From: Daphnia carinata
Taxonomy: Eukaryota
Reading direction: 5' to 3'
DNA: 64,000 nt
Assembly (NCBI RefSeq): GCF_022539665.2
Contig: NC_081332.1
Coordinates: 6,386,001-6,450,000 of the forward strand
The notes under the pieces are model-generated. The model was not told where the DNA came from. It saw nothing but the letters and a program-made list of their open reading frames with translations, and ran no database searches. A program made the translations under genes and the position numbers. Below, in pieces: positions 26,301-39,263 of this stretch (the stretch's first letter is position 1; each line of letters opens with the position of its first letter).

Positions 26301-29300
26301 GTTGTAAACAACGTACACTCGGTTTTTGTTAACCAACTACCCCCCTGAAGAATTTCAATTTGAAAAATGAACTTTGAGAATACGTTGTGCTCGTGCAGAA
26401 GAGAAATGGTGCCGTGCGTGTATGTGCCACCAGAACAGCACAGGTCGCAGGAAAAGACCGCAACCTGGGCAGAAATCTTCAGTTGTGATGGATGCTCGCT
26501 GTTCGGGATCAAAACGCAATTTTTTTTTTTTTTTTTAGTTTGGCGTGAGAGAGGGAAGAGAAAGGGTATCTTTTTCTCAACCTATCCAATCTCGCTCTTT
26601 CTTTCTTTTTTTTTTTTCATTTTTGGCATTTGAATTGCGCAAGGGATTTTCTTTTGGTAACGCAGAAGACGTTGATGGACAGCGAAATTCCGCCTGTCTT
26701 GCCATTCATTCAGGGTCGTCTTTTTTCTTTTCAGACATTAGCCACGGCTGCCAATGGCAAAAAGCGCAGAGAAATGGTGGGAACAAAAATTCAGAATGCA
26801 ACGTAAAAAACGCAAAATAGAAAGGACAATGACAATTTCTCTAGCAGTTCTACCTCCATTTTGTTTTTTTGTTTTTTTGTTTTAAGTTCTATTCCGCTTG
26901 AGGAGAACTTTGCGTTTCAGGAATGTCACAACAGCTACCACACGATTTGTAAAAAGGCTATTCCATCAATGCCAATATATCGAGCGTGTCATTTTCCTTA
27001 CCCAAAACTGTTTATTATCCCCGTACAATTGAGAGGTGTTAGACTGTTACAGGCCCAAAGAAGACGCAAGTCAAGTGTAACACAATTGCTGTCCAATTTT
27101 TTGTTTTTCCTCTTGCGGTCTCGTTTGATTCGATTGGGAGCCCTGCCCGTATAAAAAAACAAAAAAACAGGCTATATACGAAACAAACATAAGAAACATA
27201 AAAAAAAACGTAAAGACACAGTACGTGCACACGAGAGTTTTTTTTTGTGTGTGTGTGTGTGTGATTGAGAAAGCGCTCTGTAACAACGTATGATAATAAT
27301 ATTCAATCACTGAACGAAAAGGTGGCGGCTGTCCTTTGTCCAGACATGCACACATTATTTCCGAACATTTTATCTCGATATGGAGAGAGTGGATTTAATA
27401 GGAAAATCATGGGAATAAAGACAGACAAATCATTTCCGCCAAACAGGTTGACGAGATGCGATCAGAGTTCTCACCAGAACCAATCCAATTACCGGAGTTA
27501 CGGAGCGCATATAAAAAAAAAAAAAAAAGGGAAGAACAAAAAAAAAAAAAAAAAAAAAACCAAGTAAAAACAAAAGAAAAACGAAACACGCTGATCCATT
27601 TCAAGTGAAAATACGACGAGTAAAATTTTATATATTTTTTTCCTTTACTTTGAACGCTTTAAAATGCTTTCAGCAAGTTTGCGTTTAACAGAGCATTGTG
27701 TGCAGACAGCCATCCACGGTGACCTGGAATGCTTATAGTTTTCCCGAGTTCTTTAACAAGAAAACTCGTTAAAAACAAAGCACTATCTTATCAGCTAAAA
27801 AAAAATCCTCCCCTCTACGGAAACATGGCGATAAAGCCAGAGCCCTTGTCTTCGGAGAGTTACACTCTCGCCCCGTGGAATCAACAGACGATACCGTTTG
27901 TTGGTTCGAAAAAAAAAAAAAGAAAAAAAGAGGGCCATCAAGGACAACTGAGACACTTCGTCACTTGAAGGCTACGATCAAGTTCGAAACCCCGGCCACA
28001 AAATTGAATTTTCTTCGCGTTTTAGTTTCTACCCGAGTTGTAAATTCTTTTCCTCCGGGTGACATCATCCAATCAAACGTTCAGTAGACAAATTCGAATT
28101 CGAAATTGAATTGACTTTGTTTTTTTTTGCATTTTGAAAATGAAGTTTAACGTCGGAACTGTTTAAATTCTAGTTCGTGTATTGTTTAGCGATGAAAAAA
28201 AAAAAATCAAATTAACTGAATGCAAATAAAATTATGCATTCGTAAGAAAAAGAATCAGCGTCTGCATGCCAGTCACGTTCATTGTCGTCCTCGAATCTCG
28301 CCATTTTTCGCATCTCCCACATATCCTGCATTTTTCGGGCAAGTATACGAACACGCCATAATAAATTGTCACGTATTGTTACAGTACGTGCACGTCTTAT
28401 CCGCCTCTTCAAACAAAAACATGTTCCTTTTTTTTTATTTCGTACAGAGTTGGCCATGACTTGCGATTGAAATGTGAGAATTTGCGGCCTCATTTGAATT
28501 TCGAATCACGAAACGCAACCGTGTACCTTAACACAAGTGCCATTGCTTTTTGCGTAAACACGATAGCTCGCTTTTCAATTGACCTTTCTATAGTTAATAT
28601 TAAAATTTTTTCGTTTAGATTTTTAATCAAGGACGCCCACCACAGGCAAAATTCCCGCGATTGATAATTTTGGGCATCGTTTGTTGAATACTTCGTTTTT
28701 CATTTGACTCTTGAACTGCACAGATGTGAAAGCAAAGAGCAGACGTATACATAAAAACACATACACACACACACACACAAACACAAGAAACGTCTGCATT
28801 TTTAATGCCGAACAATGACTTATACGGCCATCTTTTGGAACACTTTTTCTGTTGGAATAGTCGACGGTGGTCTCACCCGAAACAATAGACTGTGTTCCGT
28901 GACGGCTGCTGCTACATTTGTTGTTTGGCCCGAGTTCCATGTCGTCAAATAGGTCATTTTAAGAATTCCAATCAGACTATCGTAAATGGGAATTTATTGC
29001 GCCATTTAAAAGCTCTGTGTGTAAGAGATAATTTCTCGTGAATACAACACATCCATGACCAAATTTAGCCAAACTTTTATTTTGCATAAAAAAACAAAAC
29101 AAAAAAAAAACAACACAGAAATTACCCCGAGAAGAAAGGAATGACTAACGAGCACTTTCTCTGGCCCGCTCTAGCGCTATTTATAAACAAAGCAAAACGA
29201 ACAATAGAGCTGGTTAACTATATATATATTTTTTTTTTTTACTTTTCTTTTCTTCATCTTCCCCCTTTTTTCTTTCTTTTTCAAAAGTGAGCATTCCTGA

Positions 29301-32300
29301 TGATCGCCTTCGTCGCCTGTATCCTTCCACCGCAGCGCGCAGAGGTACAGCACAGAGTTAACATAACCATCCTCTCTGCGCAGCAGGGACGCTACTTTTC
29401 TCCACCCACAAAGGTGAGCTCCAAGAAACGCGTTTCGCATTTGGACTGTCTCCCACACAAGATGTTACAAGCGGGAGATGGTGGGGGGGGGGGGGGGTTC
29501 CGCCGGTCGCTACAGGCCATTGGCCACCCCTCACTGGAATTACCTGACAGTCATCCGCGTGATGCGCACCGCTTGAAAGATTCTTCTTTTCTCTTTTCAC
29601 CCTGTGCTCCTTGGTGGTCATCGTCATGGGTACAAGATGAGTGGGGGGGAGGGGGCATCAAAATATGTTCTTCTTTTTTTTTTTTTCGTGTTGGAAGAAT
29701 GAGTCCTATCTGCGACCCCCGAGTGAAGTCGACCTCTCCGAACCCTCTGCACAGTATGTACATGCATACATCGATCTCATGTGCATAATATTTGAATGAA
29801 AGGCGATGATCTTTGGATTTTTTTTTTTTTTTTTGGTAATTCTTAACTTTGTTTAGGATTTTCTATTTTTCTTTTTTTTTTTTTGCTGACTTCGTCAAGG
29901 TGTTACAGGCACCTGAGACCCACGATGAATAATTTATCCGGCCACCCATTCCAGAGTTTCCAGGCTGCTCTTGGCTGTGGGCGACTGGGCGCTCGTCGTT
30001 GCTCTCGTCTTCCCCTCTTGTTTCGACTGTTTGGTATTTTATTTTATTTTTTCTTCTCCTTCTCTCTCTTTTTTGTTTTTTTGTAATAATAATGACCGCG
30101 TAGCGGCGCCCCGAGGTTCTTTTTTTTTCAGTTCTTTTTGTTTTGTCTTGAACTTGATGGGTGGAGGAGGGCACCCAAGCCTTGTTTCGCTTCTTTTCTG
30201 TTGTAAAAAAAAAAAAAAAAAAAATGGAAAAGAAGAGAAAAAAAAAACTCCACTCTGTTGGATATAAGGCTGAAGAACCCGGTGATTATCCAGCAACTGC
30301 CCATTTCGTTAGCGAGTTGAAAAAAGAAACGAAGAGAGGCCCTGGTCTGGCGTCATCTCATTACCTGGTCTGCGCACGTCCTCACGGACCAACCTTGGCC
30401 AAGGGTGGGCTACTTCGTTTCTTTTCTCTTCCTCACTATGGAGGAACCGGCTTTGGTATAATTCTACATCAACAACAAGTTTCACTCCAGAGACCAGCCA
30501 TATACCTGTCGTTTTTTACTAAGAATCCATTTTGTCTTTTTCTTATTTTTTTTTCTTTTTGTAATCAACCAGACAAGCGCAACGTACACATACTCCACAC
30601 ACAAAGACAAGCACATGCGCTTAAGAAAACGATGTATATACAGTATATTTTGAGAACATATGCACGCACCTGCTATTCGGCTGTTTAGATTAGAGTTGCG
30701 TTTGAATTTGTACTAACAAAGGAAAAATCATGCGGAGCACTGAAAACAACATATCTTCGAGCGTTGTTCACACGCTTTACAGGCCTTCAGTTTTTCTATA
30801 CGTGATGAATTATGAACGAACCACAATCGACATGAATGCGCGCTGCAGTTCCTTAGCTTCTCCGTCTATTTTTCTGACCAGTAGCTCACCTGTAATTTAA
30901 GGGATTCGTGTGAGATTGGGGCGGTGAGAACACGTCGGTTGGAAAATTCCGTAGGAAAAAAAAAAACAAAATATATTCTAATTATAAAAGATAAAAGAAA
31001 AAAAAGAAGAACCGCTCCTTGGCTTAACTCCGGTTGCAATCCTATACCCGCAAATATGGCCCTTTATTTATTTTTTTTTTTTTTTACGCGAACAGAAAAC
31101 CATATTAGCTTGTTTTAGAATCTTTTTTTTGGCCACGGATCTGCTGTGATGTGAATGCAAAAAGGTAACAGACCAACGGTTCTGAATATGTATCATCCGA
31201 ACTGCGCTGAATGCCAGCTACCTTGGCATTCACCAAGAAAAACGAGTCGACATCGTGTTGTTTCTTTCGTTCTTCTTTTCCTTTTTTTTTTTTTTTTTTT
31301 TTTTTACAGTGAACAGAAAGCTATTTCAAGACAGCAAGCTGAAGAATGAGGAGACGTGGACGGCTGTAGACTTCCATTACGGAGAATTTCCTTTTAGCGT
31401 CGAGCGATTGACGGATGATGGAAGTTAGGACCTTACGCGGTCGTTCAAGTTCCACTGGACCGAGCCAGGGTGCCTATCAACGTCAATATCTATTCCATGC
31501 CACGTTTCCCTAGTTCTATACCTCCAATGGAGAAACATTGATACAAGTAAAAATTAAAATACAGAAACACAGGGGAAAAAAAAGCAAACGAAAGAAACCC
31601 AATGGGAAGAACGTACAGAAACAGATTTATTTATTTTTATTTATATATTTAGGAAGAAAAAAAAAAAAAAGTCAAAATGCCTAAGCGTCGTAGAGTTGAA
31701 TAAGAAAAAGAGAGAGAGAGAGAGAAGGTGGGAGGGCGAGGAGCATAGCTGAGCCACCCGCGGCGGCCCTCCCAACAAGCCGCCTCAAACAACCCTTACA
31801 TGGCGTGTGTTTATGGCACCACCGAAGACGAAGGAAGAGGCAAAAAGAGAGAGAGTTTGAAAGTTTCCTCTTCTTATTCTCGTGTTGCTTTTTTTTTTTT
31901 GTTTTTGTTCCTTTTTATTTCTTTAAAAAATAATATCGCCGGGCGATTCAATTCTTTCTTGACTGTAGTTCACGTTTATCCGTAGCTAAAAAGAAAGCCA
32001 ACTCTTCCGTGCCATTTCGAGAAGAGTGAATCAAAAAATTGTTGAAAATTAATTTAAAAAAAAAACAAAAAAAAGAAAAAATCCGATCGACGACATGCTA
32101 TGGAGCACGATTGGCGTCTGGAACACACCGAGATATGATCAAAAAACCTAATGGAATTACAAAACGGGAAGAAAGAGGCAATCCTTTGCTAGCGTGACTT
32201 GTCGAAGAATGCAATCTCGTTTATACCTCGCCTATTCTCTCCCCAAAGGAAAAAACGCCATATAGCTAAAAATTGTTTTGTTTTGTTTTGTAACCCAAAT

Positions 32301-32339
32301 AGAAAATCAATTACTTTTCGTGCTCATTTAGGGCCCACG

Positions 32340-32373
<34 letters not shown>

Positions 32374-33334
32374 CGTTTTAACGAGGATGCTGAGCGTGTC
32401 TGTATATATAAGTAATGTGCGCACCCATGAGCCGAGCGTATGGGTAAAACTATGTGAAGTATATAACCCCGGCGGTGACCTCTGCCGATCCATACATAAC
32501 AAACGCTGAAGGCCGAGCCCAATTTGAAATGTTAACGAAGGGCACCTCGGTGAAAAGAAGGACCTATCAAAAGGGCATTTAAATAACAGACTAAAGGGAG
32601 AGAGCAACACAACAAGGTAGTATCATGACTATCTGGAAGAAGAGCACTGCCTCCTCTTCGTCTTCCTCCTAGGAACGGTGATGATGATGGAGGATACACG
32701 AGTGGGAGGTTGATGGAATAGCAGCACTCCAGCAGCAAAACGAGAAGAAGAAGAAGAATAAAAAAAAAAAGGGCAGGTAAAGGAGAAACGAGGGAGAGAT
32801 AGAGAGACGAAGAGAAGGGGGGTTCCGAAAAAATGAGTTTCCAATGGCAGTCCGGCTGCCATCATCAGGTAACGAAAAAGGGGAAAAGTGAAAAAAAAAA
32901 ACAGAAAAGAAAAAAAAAAGGCCTCACAAACCTCTTCAAGGTCTGCGTGCAATGCACCTCGAGACATTCCCAAACGAGTGAGGAATCTTCTCCATGTTCC
33001 TCAACAATGCCCCCTTAAAAGATATTTAAATGTTTTATTTCTATTCTTTATTTTTTCATTTTCTTTCTCGTTTTTTTTTTGTTCTCTTCTCTCTCTCTCT
33101 CTCTTTTAGAGCAAAAGATGAGAAGGAAGAGACTTGGGTGCCCAGTCTTCAAGAAAGACAGACAAATTACCTCTCATCAACATGCAAAATATTCCACCTT
33201 TGCCGGGCTCCAGATGATCCGAGCACCATCATCATCATCATCACGTATCTACGTGTGTATACGTTTGCGTGTTGGCAGACGCACAAAAGAGCCACACACA
33301 GACACACTAACGCAAGACACACTCGCACACACAG

Positions 33335-33335
<1 letters not shown>

Positions 33336-33363
<28 letters not shown>
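33336..33363. repeat. (AC)n microsatellite
   Basis: Direct AC run within a longer AC-rich tract. Confidence 0.9.
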
Positions 33364-33367
<4 letters not shown>

Positions 33368-36300
33368 AAAAAAAAAGGAACAGAGGTATAATTACGGCTA
33401 ATCGCTCTACCCCCTCTTATCTTTGATACGGACTCGGCCGGTAATGGTGAAAAGTCGTGAGTTCAAAAGTGACGAATCACCCTCGAAAAGCCAGAGCTTT
33501 ATTACGAGAGATAATGGATGAGATTGCCTGCGATTTTTCATTTCTGTATACCTTCTTACTTTTCTTCTTCTTTTCTTCTTCCTCTTCCTTTTTTTGTTCT
33601 TTCGTTGACCAATTGATTCAATTAAAGCGCAGCAACAATACCATTCCATCTATAAACGGAGAAAGAGTTTTCCAAACAAAGAAAGGGACGGGGGAGGCAT
33701 AACGAAGCAGAAGTGGAGCTTCGAGGTCGGCGTTCCTCTTTTTTTTTTTTTGAAAAAAGATAGGCATTTGTCATCATTATTTGGCTAGAAAAAAATTAAT
33801 GTAACCAAGACAATGTTAAGCGAAGAGCGAAGCGAGACGAATAAACAGCTACAATCATGTAGATGGCTTCCAGCTGGCTGTGTTCGCGCTAATTCGATTA
33901 TAAGGGGGGATACACAACCCACCTGACAGCTATTTGAAGAAGTGAAGTTCATCACCTAAAACTTTATTTCCTGGGACAAAACTGCAGTCCTGGAGAACGT
34001 TGCGAATGAAACAAATGCGGCAGTTGACCCGTCGAAAATAAAACAGTGCATTAAAATCGTTTTGTAGTTGTATTTTTTTTTTTTTTTTTTTTAAGTTAAA
34101 GTATAACCTCTAATTATCTTCTGTTGGCATTTACAAACCTTTGTAACAGAAAAACTCTTTTGCTTGGTAGATTTTTGTCGGCAGGTGAACAAGCTACAAA
34201 GATTGCTGCGCGGCAGGTGTGAAACTGATGCATTTACGTGGATCCACCCTCGTAAAAAGAAAAGGAAAAATGTTATTAATCAAGTGACGGCCATTTATAA
34301 GAGGGAGAGGCAAAAGGAGCAAAAGGTTCCCCCAAAAAATGCCCACTAATTTCGACACGAATTAATTGGAGGGCAGAGTGTTTTAGGTCGGTTGATAAAT
34401 GGGACATGTTCCTTTAAGGTGCGTGTATGTTTTGTTTTTTTTTCAAAAACGGAATTTTGTTTTTTTGTTCTTGCCACAAAGCATCCAGTGAACGTCCTGA
34501 ACAAAAGTTAGTTAAAAATTATTGAATAATTCTCCATTCTTAAGGTTTTTCACCTTACGATGGGGAAAGCATTAAATAAAATGCCGATTGAACATGAACT
34601 TTCGACTAGTTATGTGATATGTTTCGGAAGAGATGTGAAACATGCAAATGGCATTTCCGTTTGCAACCACCATTTTTTTTTTTTTACATTCCCAAGTCGG
34701 TGGCGAATAGGAGAAAAGGCAAAACGCGAGGGAAGGTCGTCTACTCTTATGCACAAAACACAAGAGGCATTCCTGCATTGTCAAGTAGGCAGACCTCTCT
34801 TCCTAAATAGAATCAAATTTTCAGTTGGTTAAAGCCTCGTAAAAAGATATTACAACAGTTTTCTTTCTTTCTTATGTATATTCCAATTCTTGGGGTGCCC
34901 CTCTTCTTCCAGCCCTGTCGACGTTTGACGATAAAAACTCGTCGCACATAATGCCCACTTTTGACTTCGCCTCCTTCAAGAGGATAGGGACGAGCAGGCA
35001 AACGGAGCCAAAAAATCTCTTCACATCAATGAGCGCGATCCTCGAGTTCATCGATGCTTATCTAAATCAACCTTTGGAATGATAATAAGCGCACTATTTT
35101 GCGTGTTGTTTTTATCTTGTTTGGCTGTAGGACGCTAACGCTTTCAATCGATTGAATGTGTGCCGTTGTGCGTTTAAAAAAAAAGAAAAACGAGAGAAAA
35201 GGGTAGCGACAGGAAGAAAAAAGAAAACGAGAGGGTACTAGGGTTCTAGCAACCGGAGACGCGCGGATAGCGTCCATTGTTCCGAGCCCGGCGACGAACG
35301 ACATGATGGCGGCTCACAAAAGCTCCATTATAATAACAATAAAAAAACATGAAACAAAAGGAGTTTTGAAGAGCTGTAGGGGAGGGTTAGACTCTTCCAT
35401 CCGATTATTATGTGAATGTACGCCACCCCTCCAGCCCCCTTCTGTTCCTGGACGGCTTTTGAAAAGACACTGGATAGGTCGGTTGTCGTCATCGTGAGCG
35501 CGTACAACAGCTTTTCTTTATTCCGATGAGAAGAAGGGAAAAAAAAAAAAGAAGAAGAATATTTATAAGAGAAGAGGGAGCTACTTATTTCACCGGCCGG
35601 ATCGAATATCCCATCCCCCCTTCACCCTCGATTGCCGCATCTCCGATGGGAAGCTCCCCATCATTCTTGCGTACGCTTTGTATGGCTCACGTAAGAGAAT
35701 TTTGACGAAGAAGTCCTACATAGATTTGAAAATTTCCCTTTGGAGTTTTGAATAGCACAACAATAGACCAAGATACGAATAAAATGGATTGATGTAGTTC
35801 TCTTTGAATTCCGAAAGCCCTTTGGTCCTCTTTGAGCCCATATTCACTTGATGCAGAAGATGAACAGGAAGGACCTCTTTTTACCAAAGTGAAAACCCAA
35901 TTTGAAATAAGAAGAAAAAAAAATGGGCTCATAATAAATATAAGGAATGACGATTAAAGTACGTACAGGATATTTGGCTCGACCAATGTCGGGTACGAAA
36001 TAGCCTGCGATTATCATTCCACACTCCTTCAATTATTCCTCAGAGGAAAGCAGTTTCAACTCATATTTTTCGAACTTGTCGAACGCTCGTCTCTGTCGAA
36101 CTTGCAATTTATGTCAAAGCAAACATTAAAATTAATGAAACCTTAAATGTATCCACGAACAGCGTGTTTCCAAAGTCCTGTCCTATGCCTAAATAGGTTA
36201 GTTTACCTGACTAGTTCACCTGCCTACCAGTCTTATTCAACCTTACCCTTGGCACTCACCAACACACACACAAAAGGTAAATAACCGGAAGCTTGTTAAT

Positions 36301-38566
36301 CCTTAAAGTTGTGGTCAATTATCTGCTTAACAAAAGATGCGCTGCACAAATAGCTGCACATCAGGATAAGCTAAAGAAGAATGAAGGTGATAGAAGGGCA
36401 GAATCCATTGACAAACTAACAGAGCAGATGTCCTACCATGAATCAATAGGCTATCTTCTTATTGTGCTCATTGCTGTTGTTGTTGTAGAAGACGAGCCAG
36501 TGTTGAATGCTGATCTATTGTTTCATTCAATGCTCGACAAAAGAAAGGGAAACGTACTCAATCCTCTCGTCCATCACAAACAACACCTTTAAAAATACAT
36601 CCATATACAGAAGGAGAGAAAAAAAAGGATACAACAAGAAGAAACTAACAGAAAAAACACAAAACAAAACACAAACAACAAAAAAAATAACAAACAAGTT
36701 TATTCTTCGATTCTTATGATGGGAAGATGTACTTTTTTTTTCTCACACGACGACTAAGAATAGAGAAATTGCAAGCCTGAGTCCGAAAAGTATCCCTGCT
36801 GTTCGGATTTATCCAACCCGAGTTTGTGTTTGTCACATGGTTTGCGATAACGGCGCGCTGGCGTGGAGAAATAGAAATTAATTAGGCTGCGACTCCCTAC
36901 CGGAGCTTTACATTAACATGTTACTATACGCGTACGAGTCCATCTTTTTTTTTTTGGCAACAATGACAACAACAACAACAGCAACAACAATAGGAACAGT
37001 AGTGAAACAGCAACAGCATTCACCCGTTATTCCCCGCACAAGTGGAAAGGCGTCGCCACGATGTCGAGTTGTAACAAAAACACTCTGATAGATATTATTT
37101 TTTTTTTTTCAGAAAAATACATGCAAGTGCAGAGTACGTTTTTTTTTACTGTATTGAAACAGTCGCGTTGTTACGCTCAGCTTTACAAACAACCTAACGG
37201 GTGTTGGGTGAATCGTCAAAAAAACGTGGAAAGAGGTAGACGAAGGCAGTGCGCGTTGCGCATTCCACGAGAGACAAACAATGGATCGCTTGATTAGGCC
37301 CTCAAGCGCAGAAAGAGACGCTAGAAAAAAAAATCGATTCGATTCGATGTGGTTTGGGAGACGCAAAAAAAAAAAAAATTAAGTGGAAAAAAAAGAACAA
37401 TCAATGTTGTTGATGGAACTTTTTTTTTCATAACACATTTCCCCGCTTTCCGTTACATCTTCATCGCGCCCAAAAATGAACAGCCAAATAACACCTGTTG
37501 AATGCTGCAACAAACACGTCCGCGTTGTTGTGTGGGATATTTTTAAGATGACAATTCAAGATGCCGCGCCCCGTCGATTCAGTTAGGGAGTGGGCTGCCT
37601 CGCTGAATCGGCGCTAATTATTTGACTCTCGCTCCAAAAGATCGTGACTGGCAAACTCCGTACAGCGGTCATTTAGTGTGCTGCGTCGAAGATGTTTTCT
37701 TCCTGTAAAAATTACTTCACTCTGGGTTCAACGAAACACGAGAAAATTCTCAGAAATCACTCACGTACTATTTAACTTTGTCCGAACATCCATAGTGTAC
37801 CAAGTACGTCTTTAGTGCGCCACCTTGTACAATTTCAGCTTTAACTGTCGCTTTTGGGGAAGATCCTCTTAACATGATTGACGACAATACAAAGGAAAAT
37901 AAAATAAAATCACCACATCGTTATATGGTGAAGTCAAAAACTGAATTATTAGCAAATGCTGCACACGACAAATGCGGACCAAAGGTATTTCTAGAAGATC
38001 CAGTAGGTCGCTCGACAAAGCTGTTTGCAGTTCGGAAAATAGGTCATGACATTCTTCAAGTAGTTCTGTGAAAAACACCTCCGTGCAGAGCTTACACATC
38101 AGTGTCGTCAAAGAGTCAGATGATTTATCGCGCTGACTGCGCTATTTCACTCCCCCTTACAGTTCTTTACTTTTTTTTCCATTTTTTTTTTAAACCAGAC
38201 ATAGGTTAAGTGAAATAGTAACAGCGTAACGGCTCTCTTCCCCTATCTATCCCCTCTACCTAGAAATCTATTTCGCATCAGCAACAATCTATGTAATCAT
38301 TGGAGTGCGAATGACGCCCACCGAATTGTTGCGACCGCATACCTGCTTCCCATTCACTCGTAACACATTCCAGCGGCCATCCGATACGAGTTGGCATAGG
38401 ATTCCATTATCCGTATCGTCTCCATCGATAATTCAAAAAGAAATTATTATTGCAAAGCCTCTTACCTGAAAGGCCGTCTTTCATTTAGATCACACTGAAG
38501 TTCAGTTTGCCTTGTGAGCAGTCATGTCTATTGGTTGAGGGAAATTATGATTCCAAATCATCTTCC

Positions 38567-38579
38567 ACGCCATCTAGTG
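38567..38579 (-). promoter_or_regulatory. CTCF-like motif CACTAGATGGCGT
   Basis: Plus strand ACGCCATCTAGTG. The reverse complement is one base from the insect CTCF core CACTAGRTGGCGC. Motif match only. Confidence 0.45.
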
Positions 38580-38845
38580 CAGAACTCTCAAATGCATTTT
38601 TTGGTTCGTTGCGTTACTCGATATATATATATCCTTAGATTGGAGAAAACATGCTGAGGCATTCCGGAGTTTACATAACATTCTGTATTTAAAAATAATA
38701 AATTGATTATAATTGTGATCAGCCCGGTGTAGCAGTTGCAGCTTTCGTTCGTTTCGTGTACAGTACGCCAGCCATAAAGAAGTTTGGGCCGCCATGAAAA
38801 CCATGCGACCGGACGCAGGAATCAATTTCGCGATTTTTGAAAAAC

Positions 38846-38886
38846 ACTGCCTAAACTACTTGTCCCCCGCAAGTAGTTAAGGCAGT
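38846..38886. repeat. Near-perfect inverted repeat (17-bp arms, 1 mismatch, 7-nt spacer)
   Basis: ACTGCCTAAACTACTTG-tcccccg-CAAGTAGTTAAGGCAGT read directly. Confidence 0.85.
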
Positions 38887-39187
38887 CGTGGCGCAAACAG
38901 GTCGTTATTTCGTTAGCAAACTGGACGTATTAAAAAATAGGGTTCATTATTTATTTCACTGTTAATCTAAATTTCTCGCGGAAATTCCAAAAAAGCCCTT
39001 TTCTTTGCATTTTATTTTTTCGGCTAACCGATTTTTTATTTAACGTATCCCAAAGTCGGTAAAGTAAAATTATCACGCCCGCCCCCATCTATGGTTGTTC
39101 ATCATATTTCACTAAAACTAACTGGATGGAAGTGAGGTTCAAAAATTGACGATCAATATATTATGAGTGATGTGGTTAAATTACAAA

Positions 39188-39259
39188 GGGGTGGTAACTC
39201 AGTGGTAGAGTGCTCGCTTTGCATGCGAGAAGTCCAGAGTTCAATCCTCTGCCACTCCA
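39188..39259 (+). tRNA. tRNA-Ala, anticodon UGC
   Basis: Folds to a full cloverleaf: acceptor GGGGTGG/CCACTCC with the G3:U70 alanine identity pair, D arm ACTC-AGTGGTA-GAGT, anticodon arm CTCGC-TT TGC AT-GCGAG, T arm CAGAG-TTCAATC-CTCTG, discriminator A. Confidence 0.97.
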
Positions 39260-39263
39260 TTTT
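39260..39263 (+). terminator. RNA polymerase III oligo-T terminator
   Basis: TTTT immediately after the tRNA discriminator base. Confidence 0.7.

Larger units (their letters stand above)
1..38000. other. Low-complexity non-coding region (regulatory desert or very large intron)
   Basis: Very frequent A/T homopolymers, G/C runs and dinucleotide repeats. ORF-track peptides here are poly-K/poly-F or CV/HT repeat translations with no recognisable domain. Composition changes at about 38 kb. Confidence 0.75.

Noticed and set aside
225..38000. Over a hundred short ORFs in the supplied track
   Set aside because: They are translations of homopolymers and microsatellites (poly-K, poly-F, CVCV, HTHT), many start at non-ATG codons, and none shows a domain or a consistent exon chain.
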